Positions 41,537 to 50,711 of a DNA stretch of 64,000 bases are shown here, piece by piece (the stretch's first letter is position 1; the number at the start of each line of letters is the position of its first letter). Made by a program: the position numbers and the translations under genes. Below the pieces are notes generated by a model that saw only the letters and a list, made by a program, of their open reading frames with translations, searched no databases and was not told the DNA's origin. The stretch spans positions 1 through 64,000 of the forward strand of contig CBDUYR010000010.1 in NCBI GenBank assembly GCA_965371515.1, read 5' to 3'. The stretch is from an uncultured bacterium. Its GTDB lineage: Bacteria; Krumholzibacteriota; Krumholzibacteriia; Krumholzibacteriales; Krumholzibacteriaceae.

Positions 41537-42888
41537 TCATGAGGACAGGGATATTATCGGCGGCCACGGCCATTGCGCTGCTTGTCCCGATTGCGGGCGC
41601 GGCGCAGCAGAAAGGCGAGGTCATCGACCGGGTCATCGCCGTGGTTGAGGACCGGGCGATCCTCAAGAGCGAGGTCGAAATGGAGTACAGGCAGCACCTG
41701 TTCCAGACCCAGGTGAAGTCCCTTCCGTCCGATAAGGAGGCGCAGCTCAGATCGCAGATCCTCGAACAGCTGGTAGCCGACCAGCTGCTCGCCGTTCACG
41801 CGGACAAGTCAGGCATCGAGATTCCCAGGGGGGCGGTCGAAGATGAGCTCGAGAAGGCGCTCGAGGAGAGCCGCCGCTCCGCCGGTGGCGACGAGGTTTT
41901 CGAGAGGGAGCTCGAGAAAGCCGGGCTGACCCTCCAGCAGCTCCGCACGCAGTGGAAGGAAAAGATCAGGTCGAGGATTCTCGTCGACCGGCTCCTGAGG
42001 AGCGATGTGTTCAGGGATGTCACAGTCACCGACACCGAGGTACGGAAGTACTACCGGGAGCACCAGAGTGAGATGCCCAGGAGGCCGGCGACGATGAAGC
42101 TCGCACACATTGTCATAATGCCCGGCGTCGCGGATGAGATGAGCAACGCTTCGCTGGAGCGGGTCAGGGCGGTCGAGGCCGAAATAAAGGCAGGGAAGGA
42201 TTTTGCCGAGGCGGCAGAGGAGCACTCGGAGGATCCGAGTGCGAAGCACGGGGGAAGCCTCGGATACATAAAACTCGGAGACCTGGGCAGCCCGCCGTTC
42301 GAGGAAGCGGCAAGAAAGCTCATCGTCGGGGACGTCAGCCCTCCGGTGCTGACGAGGTACGGATGGCACCTGATAAAGCTCGAGGATGTCAGCGGCGACC
42401 AGGTGAAGCTGCGGCACATACTGATCAAGGCCGAGAGCGGTGACGAAGAAGTCGAGGAAGCGGCAGGGAGGGCCGAGGAGATAAGGCAGAAGCTGCTTGG
42501 CGGCCTCGACTTCGGAGAAGCCGCCGCGAAATACTCCGCAGACGAGAAAACGAAGGACAATGGCGGCGTGATCGAGGGCGAGATCATTCTCGAGACACTT
42601 GTCGGCAAGGCGGACTATCTCCTCGAGATACTGAGGGAGACAGACATCGGCGGGATCTCGCCGGCCATCAAGGAGGACGCAGGCTTCAGGATAATAAAGG
42701 TGCTGGAGAAGAATCCGTCGCGCCCTTACACTTACCAGGAAGCGAAAATGGAACTGGAGAACCTCCTCGGGCAGCAGAAGAGGATGGAAAAGTTTGCGGA
42801 ATACGTCCACGAGCTCAAGGGCATATACTACGTGGACATAAAGCTCGACAGTGAAGCAGTCGAAGATGACACCGGGACGGACGGCTGA
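41533..42888 (+). CDS. surA: SurA-like periplasmic chaperone/PPIase
   Basis: IDRVIAVV...ILKSEV SurA N-terminus plus two parvulin domains. Confidence 0.85.
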   Translation: MIMRTGILSAATAIALLVPIAGAAQQKGEVIDRVIAVVEDRAILKSEVEMEYRQHLFQTQVKSLPSDKEAQLRSQILEQLVADQLLAVHADKSGIEIPRGAVEDELEKALEESRRSAGGDEVFERELEKAGLTLQQLRTQWKEKIRSRILVDRLLRSDVFRDVTVTDTEVRKYYREHQSEMPRRPATMKLAHIVIMPGVADEMSNASLERVRAVEAEIKAGKDFAEAAEEHSEDPSAKHGGSLGYIKLGDLGSPPFEEAARKLIVGDVSPPVLTRYGWHLIKLEDVSGDQVKLRHILIKAESGDEEVEEAAGRAEEIRQKLLGGLDFGEAAAKYSADEKTKDNGGVIEGEIILETLVGKADYLLEILRETDIGGISPAIKEDAGFRIIKVLEKNPSRPYTYQEAKMELENLLGQQKRMEKFAEYVHELKGIYYVDIKLDSEAVEDDTGTDG

Positions 42889-42892
42889 GGCG

Positions 42893-43153
42893 ATGAGGAT
42901 CGATTCGCTCCTCAAGGCACTCTGTCTCGTGAAGACGAGGAGCCTCGCGAGGAAGGGCTGCGAGACGGGCAATGTAAGGATAAGCGGCGCGGTGGTCAAG
43001 CCGTCGCGCGAGGCGGTCGAGGGCGACATCATCGAGATAAGATGGCCGGGACATTCTCTCGTCGTCGAGCTGCTCGAGATGCCGAAGGGACAGACGTCGA
43101 AAAAAGACGCGCCCCGATTCTACCGCATAGTCAGGGAGACGAGGACGGGATGA
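42893..43153 (+). CDS. S4-domain RNA-binding protein (Hsp15/RqcP-like)
   Basis: MRIDSLL....LVKTRSLA...C..G.V...G...KPS....GD. Confidence 0.85.
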   Translation: MRIDSLLKALCLVKTRSLARKGCETGNVRISGAVVKPSREAVEGDIIEIRWPGHSLVVELLEMPKGQTSKKDAPRFYRIVRETRTG

Positions 43154-44184
43154 AGGAACGGCGGATACCGATAGCGCTCACGATAGGCGATCCCTCGGGC
43201 ATCGGCCCCGAGATCGCGGCGGCCCTGCTTGCCTCGGGAGATGATTTCGGGGCGGACATCGCGCTGATCGGCTCGGCAGACACCATGACTGCCGCCGCGC
43301 GGGCGGCGGGGGCGCCCGTGCCCCGTGTGATCGGGACAGGCGGATCGGTGACGGAAAGCGTCCTGCTCGATTCACTGGCGGGAGGCTCCCCTGTGATAGT
43401 AGATACCGGCGAGGGGAGAGAGGTCCCCGGCGGAGGACCGAGCGCCGCGGGCGGAGCGGTCTCGGGCGAGGCGGTCGAGGCGGCAGCGAGGCTCGCCGCC
43501 GAAGGCGTCATTGAGGGTATTGTGACGGGACCGATCTCGAAGGAAGCGCTGGGCCTTGCCGGATACAGCTACATAGGGCACACCGACATGCTCTCGGCGC
43601 TGCTCGGTGCGCCGGACTGCCAGATGATAATGGTCTCGGGCACGATGCGGATAGTGATACTGACCCGCGACATCCCCCTTGCCGACGTGCCTGCCGCCTT
43701 AACGGCGAAGAGACTCGTGACCGGGGTCAAGGTCACCGACGCCGCATTGAGGGAGCTCTGGGGGATAGAAAACCCCCGTATCGACATCGCCGCCCTCAAT
43801 CCCCACGGGGGGGACGGCGGGGTGACGGGCGTCGAAGAGGGCGAGATGATCGTTCCGGCGATCGCCGCTCTCGTCAAGGAAGGAATAGACGCGCGGGGGC
43901 CCTTCCCCGCCGACACGCTCTTTTACAATCATGAAAAACGGGGGTGCGACGCGTTCGTCGCCCTCTACCACGACCAGGGGATGATCCCCTTCAAGATGTC
44001 AGGCTTCGACCGCGGCGTGAACATGACGATCGGCCTGCCAATTGTCAGGACCTCGGTCTGTCATGGTACGGCGTACGATATCGCCGGCCGGGGAGAGGCG
44101 GAAAGCGGGAGCCTCGCCGCGGCGCTCGAGCTGGCGGTGCAGTGCTGTCGCACGCGCGCGCCCGGGAGGAGGGTGGTCGGATGA
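43150..44184 (+). CDS. pdxA: 4-hydroxythreonine-4-phosphate dehydrogenase
   Basis: GDPSGIGPE, PISKE, GHT, LNPH, YHDQG and RTSVCHGTA; ATG 43150 (ATGA overlap). Confidence 0.92.
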   Translation: MKERRIPIALTIGDPSGIGPEIAAALLASGDDFGADIALIGSADTMTAAARAAGAPVPRVIGTGGSVTESVLLDSLAGGSPVIVDTGEGREVPGGGPSAAGGAVSGEAVEAAARLAAEGVIEGIVTGPISKEALGLAGYSYIGHTDMLSALLGAPDCQMIMVSGTMRIVILTRDIPLADVPAALTAKRLVTGVKVTDAALRELWGIENPRIDIAALNPHGGDGGVTGVEEGEMIVPAIAALVKEGIDARGPFPADTLFYNHEKRGCDAFVALYHDQGMIPFKMSGFDRGVNMTIGLPIVRTSVCHGTAYDIAGRGEAESGSLAAALELAVQCCRTRAPGRRVVG

Positions 44185-44966
44185 GCCAACGGGAACAGAG
44201 GATCATAGCGGGTATCTATCACCTCTCGAAGGACCTCGGCAGGCATTTCTCGCTCACTGACATAAACCTGCAGGTGACCAACGGCGAATTCGTCTTCCTC
44301 GTCGGCCCGAGCGGCGCGGGGAAGAGCACGCTGCTGAGGATGATGTACATGGATGACAGGCCCGACTCGGGCCAGATAGTCATCGGCAACTTCGTTTCGA
44401 CGCGCATCACGCGCAAGACGATCCCCGGGCTTCGCAGGAAGATCGGCATCGTCTTCCAGGACTTCCGGCTGATAGAGGACAGGACGGTCTTCGAGAACAT
44501 CGCCCTGGCGATGAAGGTCGTCGGCATGCCTATGAGCGAGATAAAGCAGAGGGTCACCAAGATACTCACCCATGTCGGTCTCTACCACAAGCGACACGAT
44601 TTCCCGCGGGCCCTCTCGGGCGGGGAGCAGCAGAGGGTCGCGATCGCGAGAGCGGTCGTCAACAGGCCGGCGATACTCCTCGCCGACGAGCCGACGGGAA
44701 ACCTCGACGCTGTAGCGACGAGGAACGTTCTCGAGCTCCTGTTCAAGATCAACGCTGGAGGCACCGCGGTGTTGATGGCGACGCACGACATAGAGATGGT
44801 GCAGAGCTTCGGCCAGAGGATCATCTATCTCGAGAACGGACGGGTCGCCCGCGACCGCGAGATGATCTTCGTCGGCGACGTCCGCGACAGGATGGAGGAG
44901 TCAAGGGTCTCCCGCAGGGCCGACCAGCTGTCCGAGCACGACATAAGGGACGAGGAGAAGGAATGA
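44181..44966 (+). CDS. ftsE: Cell division ATP-binding protein FtsE
   Basis: GPSGAGKST, VFQDFRL, LSGGEQQR and DEPTGNLD; upstream of ftsX. Confidence 0.92.
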   Translation: MSQREQRIIAGIYHLSKDLGRHFSLTDINLQVTNGEFVFLVGPSGAGKSTLLRMMYMDDRPDSGQIVIGNFVSTRITRKTIPGLRRKIGIVFQDFRLIEDRTVFENIALAMKVVGMPMSEIKQRVTKILTHVGLYHKRHDFPRALSGGEQQRVAIARAVVNRPAILLADEPTGNLDAVATRNVLELLFKINAGGTAVLMATHDIEMVQSFGQRIIYLENGRVARDREMIFVGDVRDRMEESRVSRRADQLSEHDIRDEEKE

Positions 44967-45832
44967 ATCTCCGCACGGCGAAATACATGATCGACGAGAT
45001 GATGGTCAACCTCGGCAGGAGGAAGGGCTCCAACGCCATCGCCGTGATCATCATGGGCCTCTCCCTGCTGATCCTCGTCGTCTTCATGATGGTGACGCTG
45101 AACCTCGCCAGCCTGATAGACAAGACGAGCGACGAGATGAGGCTCTTCGTCTATCTCGATGACGGGCTGAAGCAGGAAGAAGTGCAGAAGATCCAGCGGA
45201 AACTGCTGGGGCTGCGCGGAATAAAAGAAGTCTCGTTCATATCGAAGGACGAGGCGCTGACCGAGTTCAGGGAGATACTCGGAGAGGAAAGCGATCTTCT
45301 CGCCGAGCTCGTGGAGAACCCGCTACCCGACGCTTTCAGGGCAAAGCCCAAGCGGGGATACATAACGAGCGAATTCCTCGCGTCGATCGCGGCGGAGACG
45401 GAAAAATGGGAGGGAGTCGAGGAGGTCCGGTACGGCAAGAAATGGTTCGAGAGGGGCGAGCGGCTGGCGAAAGGCATCTACATCATCGACCTGGCCCTCG
45501 GCCTGATCATCTTTCTCTCGGTTATATTCGTCATCTACAACACGGTTCGGCTGACCGTGCTCCACAGGCGTACGACGATCGACGTGATGAAGCTGGTCGG
45601 CGCGACCAACGCGTTCATACGTGTCCCGTTTATCCTGGAAGGCGCCCTTCAGGGGATCGCGGCATCGCTTCTTGCCATCGCGCTCCTTGTGGCTATCTAT
45701 ACCTTCTCGGCGAGGTACCTGCCCGGGCTCGTCTTCATGAGGCACGATGCGCTCGCAGGCTTCGTCGTCTTCTGCGCGATCCTCGGCGCCGTCGGAAGCT
45801 TCTCCGCAATGCGCCGTTTCCTCAAGCTCTGA
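44963..45832 (+). CDS. ftsX: Cell division permease FtsX
   Basis: ISKDEAL, NPLPD, NTVRL and MKLVGAT..FIRVPF.LEG. Confidence 0.93.
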   Translation: MNLRTAKYMIDEMMVNLGRRKGSNAIAVIIMGLSLLILVVFMMVTLNLASLIDKTSDEMRLFVYLDDGLKQEEVQKIQRKLLGLRGIKEVSFISKDEALTEFREILGEESDLLAELVENPLPDAFRAKPKRGYITSEFLASIAAETEKWEGVEEVRYGKKWFERGERLAKGIYIIDLALGLIIFLSVIFVIYNTVRLTVLHRRTTIDVMKLVGATNAFIRVPFILEGALQGIAASLLAIALLVAIYTFSARYLPGLVFMRHDALAGFVVFCAILGAVGSFSAMRRFLKL

Positions 45833-45847
45833 CAGGCGGATTCCGTC

Positions 45848-47026
45848 ATGATGGCCAGACTGCTCATATCGGTAATCGCACTGGCCACGCTGGCCGCCGG
45901 CCCCGCGATGCCGCAGGACAGGGCTCTCGAAGAGAACATCAGCGGCAAGGAGAACGAGCTGCAGAAGCTGCGCCGCCAGATCCGCGAGCAGAGAAAGAAG
46001 ATATCGGAGATCGAGGAGCAGGAGCAGGACGTCAGCAAATATATCGCCAGGCTCAAGAAGGAGGAGAAGCTGATGAAGCGCCTCCTCTCGGGGCTCGAGG
46101 ACAAGGAGACGATGCTCGAGGAGCAGGCCGGTGGGCTTCGCTCAGACCTCGAGACGAACGGGATCGTATACAGGCACAGACTCGATATTTTCTCCGGACG
46201 GCTCAGGGAGATCTACAAGAACGGCCCCCGTCATGTATGGCAGGAACTCCTCACCGCGGAGGATTTCCCGGATCTCCTGCAGAGATACAAGTTTATCTCG
46301 CTCATAGCGGAGAGGGATGCAGCGATGATCTCCGACGTGAGGGAACACAGGGCGGAGATCGAGATACAGGAGGCCGAGCTGACCGAGCTGCTGCAGGAAG
46401 TATCCGCGGCGAGGGCCGAGAAAGAATCGGAGCTCCTGAACCTCGACGAGAACGAGGCGAAGCGCAGGCAGATGCTCGCCGATCTGAAGACGAGCAAGAA
46501 GCAGCACCGCAAGAGGGCCGAAAAGCTCGAGGAGCGCGAGGAAAAGCTGCAAAATATAATAGCCGACCTTGAGAGGTCGCGGCTGGCCCGGTCGCAGGAT
46601 TGGGGCGACTACGGCGAGGGAAACTTCCCCTCACTGAAGGGAAGGCTCCCGAGGCCGGTCGAAGGAAACGTCACGAGGGAGTTCGGCAAGTTCAGGCACC
46701 CCGAGTACGGGACGGTCACATTCAACACGGGCATCGACATCAGTACGAGGACCGGCGAGCCGGTGCGCGCCGTGGCGAGGGGACGTGTCGAGTACGCAGG
46801 GGACCTGCCCGGCTACGGCAACTGCATAATATTGAATCACGGCGGCGGATACTATACGCTGTACGCCCATGCGTCGGCGATCTTCGTCACGCAGTCCTCG
46901 CAGATAGAGAAGGGGCGCGTGATAGCTGAAGCGGGTGACGCCGCGGCCGGTTTGGGCGGGACGATACATTTCGAGATCAGAAAATCAAAGAAAGCCCTCG
47001 ACCCGGGCGACTGGCTCGCCAGGTAG
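45848..47026 (+). CDS. envC: Murein hydrolase activator EnvC
   Basis: Signal peptide, long coiled coil and degenerate M23 domain (NTGID, IHFEIR); follows ftsEX. Confidence 0.88.
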   Translation: MMARLLISVIALATLAAGPAMPQDRALEENISGKENELQKLRRQIREQRKKISEIEEQEQDVSKYIARLKKEEKLMKRLLSGLEDKETMLEEQAGGLRSDLETNGIVYRHRLDIFSGRLREIYKNGPRHVWQELLTAEDFPDLLQRYKFISLIAERDAAMISDVREHRAEIEIQEAELTELLQEVSAARAEKESELLNLDENEAKRRQMLADLKTSKKQHRKRAEKLEEREEKLQNIIADLERSRLARSQDWGDYGEGNFPSLKGRLPRPVEGNVTREFGKFRHPEYGTVTFNTGIDISTRTGEPVRAVARGRVEYAGDLPGYGNCIILNHGGGYYTLYAHASAIFVTQSSQIEKGRVIAEAGDAAAGLGGTIHFEIRKSKKALDPGDWLAR

Positions 47027-47050
47027 CAGGGCATACCGGGAGAGAACGCC

Positions 47051-48100
47051 ATAGACATAATAGCCGCAGCGAACCTCGCCGCGAAGGGGCAGCCGAGGGT
47101 CTTCTCCATGCTGGAGAAGATGATCTCCGCGGACACCCTCCCCGCATCGCTCCTCTTCACCGGGCCGGAAGGGTCAGGGAAAGAGCTCGCCGCGATGCGC
47201 CTCGCCGCCCTGCTGGAATGCGAGGCCGGCGCCGCCTGCGGGGATTGTCCCCCGTGCAGGAGCATCTCTTCGCTCGAGCACCCCGACGTGCATCTGGTCT
47301 ATCCCGTGCCGTCGGCCGACAGGGACAAGAGCATACCGGTCATCATAGAGTCAAGACGCGAGGATTTCCTCGCGCGCGGCGAGTTCGGCAACCGTGCGAG
47401 GTCGATAGGAATAGAGCAGATCAGGGCGGTCATGGAGAAGATATCGAAGCGGCCATTCTCCGGCCCACTCTCGGTCGTGGTCGTCGTGGAGGCTGATCTG
47501 GCCACGACGGCGGCCCAGAACGCCTTCCTGAAGGTGCTCGAGGAGCCTCCGGCCTCTTCCGTCATCGTTCTCGTGACAGGGAGGGCCGACCGCCTGCTCC
47601 CGACGATCGTCTCGAGGTGCAGCGAGATCAGGTTCGACCCGCTGCCCGACGCCGTCACGAAGCAGTTCCTCCGGACATTCCTGTCGGTCGAGAACGGAGA
47701 GGCGGAAAGGATCGCCGCCCTGGCGGGCGGCAACGTCCAGCGGGCGGTGCGTCTTCTCGACGAGAGGTTTCTCGGGCTGAGGAAGGATGCCGTGACCATG
47801 GTCGGCCTCGTGCTGGAGGGAAAGGCGAGGCGGCTCCCAGCCGAGGCGGAAGCCGCGGCTCATAATTACTCGAGAGAAGAGATCGCCGAGCTGCTCGGCG
47901 AGATGACGGCGATCATGAGAGGCCTCCTGAGGGGTACAGAGACCGGGATCTCGCCCAAAGCGGCCTCAGCGGCCTCTTCTCGGGACATCCCGGCCGATAT
48001 CGGGAAGATCGCGGCCGCCTCGCGAAATCTCGGCAGGAACGTCGATATCGAGCTGACCCTCGCTCAACTCCTCCTTGATTTGGCGGGCAAGTGGTATTAG
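47051..48100 (+). CDS. holB: DNA polymerase III delta-prime subunit
   Basis: LLFTGPEGSGK, CGDCPPC, HPD, QNAFLKVLEEP and LLPTIVSRC; first ATG is 47108 but the frame is open from 47027 and an ATA at 47051 is proposed as the start. Confidence 0.9.
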   Translation: MDIIAAANLAAKGQPRVFSMLEKMISADTLPASLLFTGPEGSGKELAAMRLAALLECEAGAACGDCPPCRSISSLEHPDVHLVYPVPSADRDKSIPVIIESRREDFLARGEFGNRARSIGIEQIRAVMEKISKRPFSGPLSVVVVVEADLATTAAQNAFLKVLEEPPASSVIVLVTGRADRLLPTIVSRCSEIRFDPLPDAVTKQFLRTFLSVENGEAERIAALAGGNVQRAVRLLDERFLGLRKDAVTMVGLVLEGKARRLPAEAEAAAHNYSREEIAELLGEMTAIMRGLLRGTETGISPKAASAASSRDIPADIGKIAAASRNLGRNVDIELTLAQLLLDLAGKWY

Positions 48101-48121
48101 ATTGAATTCACCGCTTAAGCG

Positions 48122-49165
48122 ATGAAAAAACTTGTAGTTAACGGCGGAACGGGCCGCACGGCGGCCATGCCGCACGAGAAGAGGAATACAACGGTGGAAC
48201 TGGTCGAAATTCAGTTCAAGGGACAGCGCAAGGAGCTCTTCGTCAACTCAAGGTCGCTCTACCTCCACACCGGGAACTACTGTGTCGTGCAGGCCGACCG
48301 CGGCGAGGACATGGGGATGATAGTCTCGATCTCCCGGGTCAGCCCGAAGGACATCGATGCGGATGCGAAAGAGATCCTCCGTCATGCCACCGAGAACGAC
48401 ATCGAGACAATGAAGGAGAGGCGGGAGAAGGAGCTCGAGGCGCTGAAGACATGTCAGGAGAAAGCCGGCGAGCACGACCTGCAGATCAAGCTCGTCGACG
48501 TCGAGTATCAGTTCGACGGCAACAAGATCACCTTCTACTTCACGGCCGACGGCAGGATCGACTTCAGGGAGCTTGTAAAGGACCTTGCCGGGGTATTCAG
48601 GACGAGGATCGACCTGAGGCAGATCGGCGTTCGCGACGAGGCGCGCAGGTTCGACGGGATGGGGATGTGCGGCCGCAATCTGTGCTGCTCATCATGGCTG
48701 AAGGATTTCGAGCCGGTCACACTGAAGATGGCCAAGGACCAGAACCTGCCGCTCACACCCTCGAAGATCTCAGGGGCCTGCGGCAGGCTGATGTGCTGCC
48801 TCGCCTACGAGCTCGCCGACTACAAGGAACTGGTGAGAGACATCCCGAAGGTCGGCAGCAAGGTGAATTGCTTCGGGGGCAGGCACCGCCTCGAGAAGGT
48901 CGACATATTCAGGTCTTCGGTGATCCTCAGCGACGAAGACGGCAACACGATCGAAGTTTTGATCGAAGAGCTCAAGGTGGAGCTCGAAAAGAGAGTAGAG
49001 GAGTCGCGCGAAAAATCCGCGGGGGAGGATCCGAAAGGCGATCCCGGGAAGAAGAGCGACTCTCCCCGCGACAGGGGGGACAGGCCCGGGAGAAAGCCGT
49101 CCGGGAGCCAGGAAGGCGGCGCAAGGGGGCGGCGCGGAGGCCGCGGGAGAAACAGGAAAAACTGA
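48122..49165 (+). CDS. ricT: PSP1-domain protein RicT/YaaT
   Basis: FYFTADGRIDFRELVKDLA, RQIGVRDEA, CGRNLCC and SGACGRLMCCL; start may be 48167. Confidence 0.9.
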   Translation: MKKLVVNGGTGRTAAMPHEKRNTTVELVEIQFKGQRKELFVNSRSLYLHTGNYCVVQADRGEDMGMIVSISRVSPKDIDADAKEILRHATENDIETMKERREKELEALKTCQEKAGEHDLQIKLVDVEYQFDGNKITFYFTADGRIDFRELVKDLAGVFRTRIDLRQIGVRDEARRFDGMGMCGRNLCCSSWLKDFEPVTLKMAKDQNLPLTPSKISGACGRLMCCLAYELADYKELVRDIPKVGSKVNCFGGRHRLEKVDIFRSSVILSDEDGNTIEVLIEELKVELEKRVEESREKSAGEDPKGDPGKKSDSPRDRGDRPGRKPSGSQEGGARGRRGGRGRNRKN

Positions 49166-49169
49166 TAAC

Positions 49170-50705
49170 GTGGGAAAGACCTTCTACATAACCACGGCCA
49201 TCGATTACGTGAACCAGAAGCCGCACCTCGGAACGGCTTACGAGAAGATCGGCGCCGACTGCATGGCCCGCTACAAGAGGCTCTGCGGCTACGACACCTA
49301 CTTCCTGATGGGCAACGACGAGCACTCCACCAACGTCGAGCGTGAGGCGGTCCGCCGCGGGATGACCCCGCTCGACTACTGCAGCGAGATGTCGGCCGTC
49401 TTCACCGGAGCCTGGAAGGCGCTGAACATATCGTACGACGATTTCATACACACGACCGAGGAGAGGCACATCAGGTCAGTCACCGAGCTCTTCGCCCGGA
49501 TCGAGAAAAACGGCTACATCTACAAGGGGAAATACGAGGGGCTCTACTGCGAGTCGTGCGAAGAATTCATCGTCGAGAAAGACCTCGTCGACGGTCTCTG
49601 CCCGAGGCACAGGCAGGAGCCGAAAAAAATCAGCGAGGATAACTACTTCTTTGCCCTCTCGAAGTTCGAGGAGGGGCTGCTCGAGCACATAGAGAAAAAC
49701 CCCGGGTTCATCAGCCCGAAGACGCGCGAGAACGAGATAGTCAACGTGATAAAGGGCGGCCTCCATGACGTCTCGATCTCGAGGTCGGGGATCGAATGGG
49801 GAATTCCCCTTCCCATAGACGGGGATCATGTCATCTACGTATGGTTCGACGCCCTGACGAACTACATCTCGGCTCTCGGGTTCGGAGGCGACGAATCGGA
49901 GCTCTTCGAGAAATACTGGCCGGCCGATGTCCACGTCATAGGTAAGGACATCACGAGGTTCCACTGCGTAATCTGGCCGGCGATGCTGATGGCGGCGGGC
50001 GTGGAGCCGGCGAAGAGCGTGTTCGCCCACGGATTCCTCTCGCTCGCGGGCGAGAAGATGAGCAAGTCGCTCGGAAACATCCTCGACCCGGAGAAGATGG
50101 CGGGCATCTTCGGAACCGACGGCCTGAGATATATCCTGCTGCGCGAGGTCCCCTTCGACAAGGACGGCGACATATCGACGCAGATCCTCATCGACAGGTA
50201 CAACGCCGATCTGGCCAACGAGCTGGGCAATCTCTTCAGCCGGACGCTGGCAATGATCTCGAAATATCTCGGCGGCAGCGTGACGGCCGCACCGTTCGAC
50301 GGCGGATGCGAGCTCCACGGCGTCCTCACCGATGCGGTCGCCGATTATACGGAGCACATGGAACGGATGGAATTCTCGAGGGCGCTCGGAGCCTTCTGGC
50401 CCGCTATACAGGCGGCCAACCGCTTCATCGAGGCCCGGGCCCCCTGGGCCCTGGCAAAGGACGAGACGAAGCGCGAGGAGCTCGAAGCGGTCTTCAGGGA
50501 GCTGCTTGCCGTACTGCGCACGGCAGGCTCCGTCCTCTTCCCGTTCATGCCCGGAAAGATGAGTGCGATGCTCGGCTGGCTCGGCGCAGGCGATCCCTCT
50601 CTAGATGAACTTCCCCCTTCCGTGTCCGGAGCCGAAGGGCTGTCAGTCCCGGAGCCGCTCTTTCCACGGATCCAGGAGAAACCGGAAGATATATTCAAGG
50701 ACTGA
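49170..50705 (+). CDS. metG: Methionine--tRNA ligase (short form, no C-terminal tRNA-binding domain)
   Basis: YITTAIDYVN, HLG, YVWFDAL, GKDI and KMSKS. Confidence 0.96.
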   Translation: MGKTFYITTAIDYVNQKPHLGTAYEKIGADCMARYKRLCGYDTYFLMGNDEHSTNVEREAVRRGMTPLDYCSEMSAVFTGAWKALNISYDDFIHTTEERHIRSVTELFARIEKNGYIYKGKYEGLYCESCEEFIVEKDLVDGLCPRHRQEPKKISEDNYFFALSKFEEGLLEHIEKNPGFISPKTRENEIVNVIKGGLHDVSISRSGIEWGIPLPIDGDHVIYVWFDALTNYISALGFGGDESELFEKYWPADVHVIGKDITRFHCVIWPAMLMAAGVEPAKSVFAHGFLSLAGEKMSKSLGNILDPEKMAGIFGTDGLRYILLREVPFDKDGDISTQILIDRYNADLANELGNLFSRTLAMISKYLGGSVTAAPFDGGCELHGVLTDAVADYTEHMERMEFSRALGAFWPAIQAANRFIEARAPWALAKDETKREELEAVFRELLAVLRTAGSVLFPFMPGKMSAMLGWLGAGDPSLDELPPSVSGAEGLSVPEPLFPRIQEKPEDIFKD

Positions 50706-50711
50706 TTCCCG

